From: Blasia pusilla
Lineage: Eukaryota
Length of the DNA: 64,000 nucleotides
Direction of reading: 5' to 3'
Assembly (NCBI GenBank): GCA_050084515.1
Contig: CM114271.1
Coordinates: 14,136,001 to 14,200,000, forward strand
Shown: piece after piece, positions 12,910 through 24,049 of the stretch
Numbering within the stretch: the first letter of the stretch is position 1
How the letters are laid out: every line of letters starts with the position of its first letter
Notes under the pieces: generated by a model
Seen by the model: the letters and a program-made list of their open reading frames with translations, nothing else
Told to the model about the DNA's origin: nothing
Database searches by the model: none
Translations under genes and position numbers: made by a program

Positions 12910-13192
12910 TGTTGGAATGTGTAAACGGCAACAAGCCGCGCTGCACCGTAAACAAAGAGGCTTCAACGTAAACGCTGCAGAGGCAAGTTGGGTGCAACGT
13001 AAACGCTGCATAGACGAGTTAGGCTCATCGTTGTTAGGCTCCAATCAAACAGCATGCAACCAACACTTAGCTCATGTATAAAACGCTTCACATAATCAAT
13101 GGCAGAGACCAAAAATTCCGCTCAGCAGAATTGTTGTAATAAATTTCAGGTCGGTGGGATATCCGCTACACTTGAATCTGTGGCGTTCAACA
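12910..13192 (+). repeat. Copia 3' LTR
   Basis: Follows PPT AGGGAGGA (12902-12909), starts TGTTGG, contains TATAAAA (~13077) and AATAAA (~13138), ends TTCAACA at 13192. An alternative end CCAACA at 13065 cannot be excluded because the 5' LTR is outside the window. Confidence 0.65.
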
Positions 13193-13906
13193 GATCGATG
13201 AAAAGGTCTAATATGGAGCCGTTGGAGATATATTATACCGCATGGGAATCTGATTCTTTCAATATAACGGTTCACCTTTACGCAATCCAGACTTTCTACC
13301 TCACATTCTACTCCTATGATGTAGAATTGTCTCCGAATAATTCTCCGAACGAGGGCTGGGACTGCAACAGAATGATCAGCCCGCAGGAGCTCCTGTCGGT
13401 GTTCAATGCTCATCAGACATTTGATATTCGAAATCCCACGTTCGAGTTCAGCAAGTATGACTCAAGCAGTTCTCTTCCATCGCTGCTCAATGCATTGGAA
13501 GTGTTTGGAGAGTTCGAGGCCCTGATGCAGAGGACGAATTCTCTCCACAGTGAGGATATAATCCAAGTCTCGTTTGATCTACATATTAGCTAGTTGAGAG
13601 TGAATGTTTCCAGAATTTCCAAACATGCAGATGGCGTCAATCTACTTTTTGAGTCGTAAGCTAACATCGGCTGATGGACATAACTAAAGTTCGGTCTCAT
13701 AGTTGTACACATCTTCATAAAATGATCGGATTGACTCACAAGCTTGTCTGTGGGCATACGGCATATACAGATGAAGCCATCATCAATTTTTCCTCAAAAA
13801 TCGGAAACATTTCGCAAGGTTTGGATACAATTGGTGACCCTTGTCTACTAGTTCCATGGAACTGGCTCGTTTGCACCATTAAAGTACCACCACGAATAAA
13901 GCAAAT
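13193..13906 (+). pseudogene. Malectin-like-domain (LRR-I type) receptor-like kinase fragment, two exons (~13193-13549, 13771-13906)
   Basis: SLPSLLNALEVF, then AI...GDPCLLVPWNWLVC..PPRIKQ, typical of the malectin-like/LRR junction. GT-AG intron 13550-13770 is in phase and there is a GTAAGT donor at 13907. No LRR or kinase exons were recognised downstream. Confidence 0.7.
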
Positions 13907-14439
13907 GTAAGTTGAATCTAAGTCTAAGTTAAAATTTACTACTATTTTACATGGCACCGAAAATAAAAAAGGGTTTGAACTAGTGACATGGCACATCACT
14001 CCTAGGCACTCTCCAATAATAATACTTAAGTAATAATAACTTAAACTAGCTCCCAAACTGTTAAGACCTCTCGAGGGGCCGAAGTTAAGATGGCATTCTC
14101 AAGATGACACCCAAAATAGTAATTGGTGTCATCATCATACTCTTAACCGGGCTAACCGATTAAGATGCTCCCAGTGAACGCCACTTGTGTATTTTTTTTT
14201 CCGATATACTAAGCTAAGATTTGAATAGAAAAGAGTTGTTTTTTAAATGATTATTCATTTTTAAGATAGATTTAAATTAAAAATATAATCTCAAAAATAA
14301 ATTAATTTTTTTCATACTCAATTTATTTTTCCATTTTCTAAATTTAAATTATTATTTCAAAATTTAGTAAAAAATTAAAACTTTTAATTTCAAGTTAATT
14401 TTGGAAGGGATATTACATATTACTTTAGAAACATGTCAT

Positions 14440-14466
14440 ACTAGTAACGTGCTTGTGCGATGCACA
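14440..14466 (-). mobile_element. Helitron-like 3' terminus
   Basis: Minus strand reads TGTGC-ATC-GCACA hairpin, 9-nt spacer, then CTAG|T. Confidence 0.55.
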
Positions 14467-14698
14467 TAATATAAATAAATTTTTAAGAGTTGGTGTATAT
14501 AAATTCAAAAAAATTTCTTGTTGCCCGTAGCATGTGAAATATTTTCTTGCTGCCTAGTTGCCACGTATCAAGCAGAGAGGTGTTCGCAAATCAAGAAGGC
14601 ACTCTCCCATAATAATATAGATGTGAGAGGAAAAAGAAGGATGACCATGCATAGTTTTTCCCTCTCAATTTATGAGACACTCATTATGAGAGGGTTCA

Positions 14699-14810
14699 CA
14701 AGTTTATCCTTCGTAGTCATTTTGGGTAGATACGTCCACATGCAAGTGCCAAAAATCATGAGTTTATCCTTCGTAGTCGTTCTAAGTAGGTACAAACGCA
14801 TGGAAGCGCC
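14699..14810 (+). repeat. ~60-bp tandem duplication
   Basis: AGTTTATCCTTCGTAGTC at 14701 and 14761 with similar continuations. Confidence 0.8.
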
Positions 14811-15361
14811 GTAAGGACCGTACGAATTCTTATTTATTAGTCGCTCCTTTCCCAGACGATAGTTTTGTTTTTCGGGGAATAGTGCCAAACCCCTGGAGGG
14901 AGAATACATAGCATTGATTGCCATTGATTGCTCTATCGTGACCCATGAGCACCCCCGGGTCGGAAATGGGCCCATTGGCCGTGCCAAAATAGGGGAGAAT
15001 GCAAAAAAAATTCCCGGCGCCTCTTTCCCGTCCGCCCCCTTTGCTATTAGTTGGGTTCAGATATCCGCACCACTTGGGGGTTATTTCATGCCCATGGTAT
15101 GGCATGAATTTTTTGGATCCCATGGCCTACCCATCGGCATAGATAGCAAGGCCATGTGGAATTTGAAATTCAAATTTTGAGCATATAAGCGGAGCCGAGG
15201 GTGGCCCAGGCAAGCAAAGTGCAAGGGGATCCTGGGTGCGGAGGCTGGACTAGAGCTGCGCGGAGCTCTATTCAAGTTGTTGCACATTTGCACAGAGTCC
15301 TTCTTGTGAGCTAGGTTCCATCGTTCCATCGAGCTTTCTTTGTGTGAGTAATCTCCACCAA

Positions 15362-16080
15362 CACTAAAACAAATTGCATATTATATGACTATAATAAATG
15401 ACTAGGTTGAGTCATTGTTCACGGTAAATGACTCACGATGACTCATAACCATTAGAGTCATATAAACCAAGTCATATACAGGATATGACTCTCACTACCA
15501 CATTGGTAAATGATTGAAGTCATTAGCTACTCAGTCATTGATATATGACTAAGATGTCAAGTGTGAGAGACACGTCAGAATGCCATGTTGGCGTATGACA
15601 TGGCAAGTAGAAATGATGTGGCAAAGTGAGCATCAAATGAGATATTGCCACGTGTCAAACTTGGGATTGCTAGATTGTTTAGGCTCAATGAGACGATAAC
15701 ATATGTAATGATATGAACAAATAACAGAGTGACACGTGATTGAAATGACTGAGCCATATGTCTTGACTGAATCACACATACCAAGCACGTAATTTCCTAC
15801 GACTATATGAGTCATAAAATATGACTAGATTGGTTCTCAATTACGACTATTTTGGTCACTCTATGTGTGTTACGGTATTTCATAACTAACTGAGACATTT
15901 TATTGATGGTTTGAGTCATTTATCTCATGTCATTCATGATTGTACGAGTCATATTTCCTAACCATTTGAGTCATTGCGTTAAATGTATGAGTTATTATCA
16001 TGACTTGATCAGTCACTTTTACGACTAAATGATATTTTGGCCGTCTAAGTTATTTGATATACTGCATTAGTCATTCACAC
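15362..16080. repeat. CACTA left TIR and subterminal repeat array
   Basis: Dozens of direct and inverted TGACT(C)/(G)AGTCA motifs immediately after CACTA. Confidence 0.85.
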
Positions 16081-18164
16081 AATCCTATTAGTTGTGGTTT
16101 ATTACTAGATCATGTATTGTTCACAATTTTCCATTGCTCCTCTTGGTGATTGTTAAATGGAGGAGTTACTTTAGTAAGTAAGTGGTGGTCATCTAAGTAA
16201 CATAATCCTCTTAACATAATTAGAGACTCTCTCAGATTCAGCCAGGAGTAATGTGTGAAAACAAGTAGCGTAGACAATGGTAAGGATAGACAAAATCTGA
16301 ATCTTAAGGGCTAGAAGAGGGACATATATCAACCAAGTAATTCTAGGGTACATGCCAATTACAATGAATACTGAAAACTACAAATACATCATAATCAAAC
16401 CATTCTCTAATTAATGAAACCCAAAAATAGATTATTCATTCTATAGAAGAATTAAAGTATTTACATCTCAACAAGCTGCAAGAAGGAACCAAGAGCATAT
16501 GGAAACCAAACTACAAACGAATGATCTGATGGAATCATTGTGAAAGTTTAAACATTTCTGAAATCACCAAATCTAGATATCCTAATGAACTAGCTTTTTA
16601 AGATTCAAATGTCAAGGAAAAAAGTGAAAGCCTGACTATTTTACCCTCTACTTCTTGCTGTTTAGTACTTTCGGATCACACTCTGACTCACTACCCACAC
16701 TTGCAACCATCTTGGTGGTTGCCTTCATCTTCTTCTTGATCTTTGGTGAAGCTTGTATGTCCATTATTACTTCACCTGTAGAACATTCAACTTCAAAAAG
16801 ATTAATATATGGAACACTATTATCAATTGAGAAAATTCTCACTTGCACCACTCATAAACACGGAAGTTTATTGAATTAGTTGTTGCTATCATACATGCAG
16901 TTTGCTCCCATTCTTGAGATGTACTTCAACATTCCTAGCTCTCAGAAAGTGCCAATAGAATAATAAAAACATGGATTAGAAAGAAAATAGAGTTGAGATA
17001 TGCACCCTGGGATATTGTAGTAGTCACAAATTTAGCTTTGTTACTACTGTTTATAAGGTGAGTATGATCAATCTTCTCTTTACCTACACAAGAGCAACAG
17101 AAAAATGCCAATAAATTTTGGTATGGTCTTAGTGAGGTGAGTGAGTAATCACTCACCATATCCAACTTGAAATTTTCATTGCTGAATATGGAATAGAGGT
17201 ATGGAGAAATTGGAAAATGTAGGTACAAAATGTGGGAGATTCTTGAGTGTTACCATTGATCATTACTCTTGAAGAGCTCTTGTTCAACACCTGGCTCACC
17301 GGATCAGCATTGTGGAATTTCAGATTTACATTGCACATCATTGTATAGTTATGGTACACCTACATTAAAAATTTACAGACAACTTGCAAAGAGAATTTAA
17401 GTGATTAAACCTACAAGAAGATATGTCAAAGATTTTCACCTATCAAATTAGTCCTATCTTCAAAGCCAACATTCATGTGAGGCTTTGTCCTCCTTTTCTT
17501 AGGGGACTTTTTAGCCTGAACAAGGTTCTCAACATTGTCTGTAAGCTCATGCGATTCTCGATGACGCCTTGCACAAGCCATACATAGAAGCAATTAGATC
17601 ATGATATGGAAATGAGAAAAAGTGATCATAATTTAGAGTGCCTTAATGAAACCTAACTGGACTTATATAAGAAAAAGAACTTACTTTTCAGGGTTGATAG
17701 CTTTCTACAAGTGCATAATCAATTGACACATTGGATGTTCTTTCTTTTCCACTTTGAGCTAATTTTAAGACCATGCGCAAAAGTACACTCAACTTCTCCT
17801 CAAGAAGTTGGTGACTCGCCTGAAGATCATTCCATTTATTTTGTTGCTCCCTCTGGCCATTTTCAATTTGGGATATCATATCACGTAGACCTTCATCCAA
17901 TCTAGTCTCCACCTCATTCATGTGGGAAATGAGATATGATTCGACTCCTTGTCAAGCATAACAGATAAATAATACAAGCTGTCAATGATTTCTATGACAA
18001 ATTTCCTTCATTTTCCTTTCTATCCATGACCACTACACCAACCAAATTTAAAAACTTTTGTGTAAGTTACCCGTGAAGCCCTACTAAAATCTGTACTAGT
18101 AGGGTGTGATGATGGAATCTCTTCTCTTGCTGTTCCATGAGCAGAAATCTCTCTTTTTGGAACC

Positions 18165-18641
18165 TGTCACATCTGAGTAGCCGATAGGTCGAGATCTATC
18201 GTGGATAGGGCGTAGGAGCCAGCGGACTATCTTGAGTGTAACTTTGTCCCCCGGTGTCGGATGAGGTTGAGGATAGGTCCATTGTGTCAGGAACGTCGTT
18301 TCTGACAACTTTCATGTTGAGGTCTTTTACAGTCAGGTGACTTGTTGACTAGGTCACCGCCCCAGTACTGTGTGCGCAAGAGTTACCAAGGAAGGGCTAT
18401 TTTTAGGGGAAGAGCGTTTTGGCTCTTCCCAACCCTATATAAGAGAGGAAGATGGCTTTCCTAAGCCATCTTTCTCATGTTGGGCCGTTGAAGCACCTCC
18501 CTTGTATGTGTGTGAGCTAGGACTAGGGTGCTAGCGTCCGGATTCCGTGATAGCACAGGGTGGACGAGGCTCGATATGTCGATGTAGATTGAAGAGTGGA
18601 GTTTTAGGCCGAGTGTGCCATTTTTACTACTCTTTATTTTT
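18165..18641 (+). repeat. Terminal repeat A1 of copy 2, containing TATATAA (18436-18442)
   Basis: Highly similar to 27440-27920; differences are mostly transitions. Confidence 0.95.
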
Positions 18642-18655
18642 ACATGAGAAAGATG
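18642..18655 (+). promoter_or_regulatory. Putative self-priming primer-binding site (copy 2)
   Basis: ACATGAGAAAGATG immediately 3' of A1 is the exact reverse complement of CATCTTTCTCATGT (18467-18480), which starts ~31 nt after the start of the TATA box. Confidence 0.75.
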
Positions 18656-19827
18656 TCAGAGGGCTGGTGGGAATTTGTTGTTTGCATGTAGGCAAGCGAG
18701 TCGCCTTGGTCGGGAGCCCCTGAAGACGTGTGTGTGACGTTTTGTGTGTCATTTTTTTGTTCGGAAGGCCGTGGGCGGAAGCGCTGTCTGTTTTTCTCAG
18801 ATTTTGCTGGTGCGGATTGATGGGGACAGCAGCAGGGTGTAGCGCAGGTTGTATCGGCAGGAGTAACGTCGTCTTATAACGCGTGGAATGTCGGGAGTAC
18901 CCAGGGAGAAGAGTTAGAGCTTGCAGCCGCCAGGGGGCTGTCAAGTAAAGGGCGGGTAGGTTAGGTCGCGAAGGCTAGAAGCGCATGCAGGCGACAGCGC
19001 AGACGAGCAGACGGCAGACGGCTAACAAAGTAGGGCGCGGACAGCAGAGCCCCCTCTCTCCGTGGTAAACGTGGTAGACGGACCATAGTCGGTCGGGCTG
19101 TTGTAGCATACATGGTTGGCAGGACGGACGAGGTTAGTCCGGCAAATGTGAGTTGAGATTTGCCGGACATGCTTGGGAGCCGACCAGGGTGAGTCACGTT
19201 ACATGCCGCGCGTGGGGATTGATAGAGGGGTTTGCGCGACATGATGTTTTGGGGCGCGACAAGGCGTTGCGAGAGTTGACGATGGAGGGGCAGTGTGCAT
19301 GATGCCGACGGGTGGTCCGCATCTGTTGACGGGAGGATCGACGTGTTGGTCGAGGGGAGTGTTGTGTTGCGGAGATTTTCATCTCATGAGGAGGAGTGCA
19401 TGTTGACAGTGCAGCAGGTTGGAGGGCGTGATCAGGTTACCCATTCGAGTCCCTTTTCCCGCACTTGTCGTGTGTGATTGAGAGTGCTGGTGCTAGATGG
19501 GTGCAGTGATGGTGACGAGTGTAGATTCTTTTCATGTGTAGCATGTTGGTGGATATACGGCGGTTGTCGAGTAGGGGTCGCGTGTATGACCCGAGAGAGT
19601 GTCGCTAGGTTAGGTGATTCAGTTGGGAGGCTCATGGTGAGCCCGAGTGTTGAGCGTGCGTGAGGCCGGGTATGTCATCACGGGATTGATGTTAGCATAG
19701 GTGAGCTAGTGAGGCGTGTGGGAGACTCTCGGTGAGTCTAAGTGCTTGAGCTGGTGAGACAGGGTTTGTCATCATTGCGTTCTTCCAGGGTTCGGAAGAA
19801 CGGGGTAGTACGAGCAGTAGTAGTGGT

Positions 19828-22260
19828 GTGACACGGAGTGGAGTGAGATACCAAGGGGTTACCAGTGAGGAGCTCCCTCAACATCCATCCGTGACTGGAT
19901 CGTCATCACTGGACACTGGGTCTGGTGACAAGATCACCGACAGAGACAAAAGTACTTGGCAGGAGATGGACGACATGGGCCATCGGGGCATGCGTCGTTT
20001 CTCGGGTGCAGTGGGCACCATCGACTTAGATGATTTCATCCAGGAGTTCGACACATGGTGCGACTTCCAGGAGATACGGACCCCGACACGGTTCAACCCT
20101 TTCATGGCATGGAAGGGGTTGTTCCTGTACTTGGAGGGTCCTCCGATGGATGACTTTATGGAGTTTCGATCACTTTATTCAGTAGAGATCGATGCTTGGA
20201 GGATGTATTGGGCTCCAGGGTATGTGTCCACTAGTGGTCGCGAGGCATATGATGGGATTGTGAGAGGAGAGAGACCCACACCATCAGCCCGGAGACTAGA
20301 TGGAGAGGAGGGCAGTGAGACAGGCGATGTGGCAGAGACTTCTAGTGGTAGAGGGCCACCCAGCTTCAGCCCCACAGTGGAGTTCTTCCGAAAGTTGGGG
20401 AAGAGCTACCAGGGCGTACGCACCGACAAGCTGAAGAGTCTACACGATTTTCAGCGACGATCGAGTGAGAGTCTGAGAGAGGCATTCACACGCATGAGGA
20501 GGCTGATCATTGCTACGTTTGGAGTGACTGAGGCGCAGTCGACCCAAAGATTGGTACTGGGTTCGGACCGAGAACTACGGAGGAGAGTCCGAGATGCGGT
20601 GCTGATTCACACAGCGAAGCCCACATTGAAGGTGGTCTTTGAGTTGTCTGAGCATATTGAGCTCAACATGAGTGAGGAGCATGTAGTGACCGCTGGATTT
20701 TCTCGAGAGTCGACGGGTCCATGAGCGACGGTGACCCCACAGGTGCCACAGCGGGCATCAGTACCACGGGAGCGGGCCAATATGCCTAGAGAGCGGGGGG
20801 GTACCGTGTGAGCCTATGAGGCAACAACCCGCACCTACATATGTTGCCCAAAGACGGACCGATGTGGTCTTGTTGGGCGTGTGGAGGGGCCCATAGGCGA
20901 GAGAGCGCCCACGGCATGGGAGAGGACCACCAGCGCCCACGATTGCTCAGAAGCCACAGAGGATGGCCCCACCCACACACCGGTGTGACCATTGCCCACG
21001 AGATATGGTCACACTAGGGATAGATGTTTTGACCTTCGCCGAGGGGCACGCGTCGAGGTAGGCCGAGGGCCTGGGGCGTGCGTCTGGAGGAGGTCGGGAG
21101 TTCTTCTTGGGCGTGGTGGTAGAGGACCACCACCAGCCAGGAGGAGATGGAGCAGAGCACGAGCCGGCACTTCTCTCACGATCGATCACTTGAGTAGAGG
21201 ATTGCTTTGCCATGACGATGATGCGGCTTAGGAAGGCACGAGTGCGGCGGCTAGTGTGACTCGATTTCTACCTCTTACCCGACCCGGGTGAGGATCTCTC
21301 CAGTATGGGATTCATGTGTAGTGCAGCCCAGGTTGAGGCAGATGCAGTGGAGACTCGTGGTGCTGCGAGAGGCACCGAGCCAATCGAGAGGTGGAGTTGA
21401 GATTGACCCACCAGAGGGGACCGATGGGCGGCAGGCCAGGGTTCCACAGTCGTTCACATTGTCGGAGGCACTACACACACCATCGATGGTGCCTAGACGA
21501 CCAGCGGTGCCTATAGTTCAGGCACCTACGTCGACGTCACGAGGAGTTGGAGTGACAACTCCTATGCCGGCTCGAGTGGAGTCAGTGTTGACCATAGTGT
21601 TGGAGGTGGCCACTAGAGTGAGTCAGACTCCGCTATTTTCCGCCATAGAGTTGGCGACGTTGGGAGTTGGACTAGCTGAGGTGTTCTGGTTGGCCGCCAT
21701 GTTGTGTGAGTGTGGAGAGATGAGTGCTTCTTGTTCAGAGGTAGTTGAGGAGGTGGTGGACTTGCCCTCAGAGCCGGTGCTGGGGACGTTCCCCACAGAG
21801 TCATGGCATGCGGCGGCGGCGAAGTTGGTAGATATGCCAGCTTGACCGGCCATAGAGCGAGCAGGGGTGACACCTGGAGTAGTGTTACTGGATAACCGAG
21901 GTGGAGTATTTCGCTTGTTTAGTCCAACGGAGACGGTATACCACCCCCAGCGCGTCCTACTTGATTCAGGAGCGCAACCCTTGACGTTAGGGAAGGCGGC
22001 GTGTTTAGCGTTGGGGTTACGGAAGGCCGACATTGAGCCTTGTCCCTTCCAGATACAGACCTCGATTGGGGGCGTATCACCCACTCAGTATATGACTCAA
22101 CAAGAGATTGTTGTCAGAGTCCAGCCAGAGCATGCGACAAATAGTGCTATGGTGCGCATACGTGCGATTACGACACCACCGAGTCGCATGCGGCGTGTTG
22201 GTGGGGAGAGTCTGATGTTATATTCCTAGATTCATCCTTGACTTCTAGGAGGAGACCGTT
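19828..22260 (+). pseudogene. gag and protease of copy 2
   Basis: 298-aa gag ORF (FSGAVGTIDLDDFIQEFDTWC, FQRRSSESLREAFTR), CWAC..H..C and CDHC..YGHTRDRC knuckles, protease RVLLDSGAQP (~21955). Confidence 0.88.
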
Positions 22261-22680
22261 GCTTATCGGCCAAGATGGCGGTCGGTGTGCCGGATGAGTC
22301 GATTACGGTCGCGATTTGCGGGACGAGGTGGTCGATCACGAGGCGAGTCTGTGACCACGTAGGCAGCTTTCACAGGTAATGTTAGCTGACCAGGAGAGTT
22401 GTTGGAGGGGAACCCACATGTGGAGGATGTCCCAGCAGCGGATAGTCCCACGGAGAGACAGGCCATGGCGGGTGTCTCTTCCCATGTTGGCGAGGCCTCT
22501 TCACCATTGTGGGGTACGACTCGGGAGCTATAGAGGAGTGTCGACGACCTCGTGAGGCAATCGTGGAGTCATGTTTTTATCCCAGAGCAGCGAGAGTCAC
22601 GTGGCGCTCGGGCTCTTGGAGTGGAGACGATGACCCCACTAGATACCACACCTGTTGTGTGGTAGTGCCCAGAGGAGGGT

Positions 22681-23615
22681 GTTAGATCTCTCCGGAGGGA
22701 TTAGCACCGGATTGGCTGCACTATTGCCGGTGGGCATACGGGTGCATCAGTACCTTTATGTGGAGAGAGATGAGACCGCACGGCGAATATCATTACGTCA
22801 CGTGGCGAGATTGGTCTAGAGGTATCCTGAGTTGTTGCCGGTATCTGCAGTACGGGGATATCAGCATACGCTACCCGCCGATATCTCTTTGGTGGGGGTG
22901 CAGGATCTGGATAGAGTTGGCACCATTCATTTGGTGATTGCTGGATGGCCATGTTAGGGTCATTCATCAGCTGACTGAGGATTTGGATTGCAGGATCCGA
23001 GGTTAGGGATGTTTTGGGAGATGCTGCGAGTATTACGACACTTGAAGGAGAGCCAGATATGTTCTCCAACGTACATTTTGGAGAACGTGCCATTGTTAGG
23101 AGACACTCGTGCACGTGTGATGACGAGTGTACATCAGGTGAGGTCCAGGTTGGGACCTGCAATGTTGTTAGATGCAGCGAGAGTTGGGTCACGTGCCTAT
23201 CGTCCACGACTGTGGTGGGAACGAACCTGATACCATCAGAGGTACTGAGTCGAGCATACGGTGGAGTCCAAAGAGCACCACATCTCACCGTGGATGCTAT
23301 TTTGGGCTCAGAGCATCGATCTCAGGTGGTGACACGGGATGATAGACCACCGTTGGCCATGGCCAATAGGGTGGGGGAGTTGAGGGCAGCCTTACCTATG
23401 TTGGTGAGCTTCCCAACATCCCATGCCTTTCGTCAAGGAGGGCTAGGCATGATTTGGGATGAGGTGACCGGAGCATTGGAGGAACCTACAGCAGATGAGC
23501 GCGAGCGCGCCATGGGGTTCACTATGGTACTACGGCGGTGCCGAGGGGATGACCGAGGCATCACGGAGACAGTGTTGGGGCGGCGATGGACCTCAACTGT
23601 CTCACATGGATAGTC
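22681..23615 (+). pseudogene. C5-cytosine DNA methyltransferase domain inside Gypsy pol (copy 2)
   Basis: LDLSGGISTGLAALL (I), QYLYVERD (II), DISLVG (III), IHLVIAGWPC(stop)GHS (IV; TAG at 22955 where CAG is expected), GLQDPRLGMFWEMLRVL (V), YILENVP (VI), LDAARVGSRAYRPRLWW (VIII), EEPTADERERAMGF (IX), LG.AMD (X). Confidence 0.92.
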
Positions 23616-24049
23616 ACCTAGGTATGGCTGAGCGGCATACGGATGCAAGTGTCATCCATGCCGTCACGCCCACGAAGTTGGACCATTGCCTCTGAGTGAG
23701 TGCAGACACGCATTGGTGGGGCGAGACGAGGAGAGATAGGCACCCATGGACTTCTGGGACGTCGTTCGAGCGAGAGAGTGCGAAGGCGGCTAGAGTAGCA
23801 CATGTTCATTTTTCGGATATGGAGCATGGTGTAGGAGGGAGGGGAGTGGAGTGGTCATTTATGAGGTGGCTAGGGTTGCTACATAGCAACCAAAGCCGGA
23901 GGTTGCGTCCTCTCCGAGTGAGGTCACGATGGAGACTTGGGAGCCTGTGATAGGTCTCAAGTTGATAGGAGGAGAGCGACGGCGAGTTCATAGTTTTTAC
24001 GAGAGGGCATGTCGGTTGTTTTGCCTTGATATGAGAGACTTGGATCGTT

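Larger units (their letters stand above)
1..13192 (+). mobile_element. Ty1/Copia LTR retrotransposon (5' part outside window), degenerate, interrupted by a Gypsy insertion at 2186-11914
   Basis: Copia domain order: protease WFIDSGASNHM (6-38), GAG-pre-integrase WHERLGH, integrase core (VDDHSRFMWVYF, DRGGEF, TPQQN..VER), RT (RYKARLVAKGY, HMDVQNAFLNG, then LYVDD resuming after 11914), RNase H (FSDADYAG, DN..S, KRIEVQHHFIR), PPT and 3' LTR. Confidence 0.95.
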
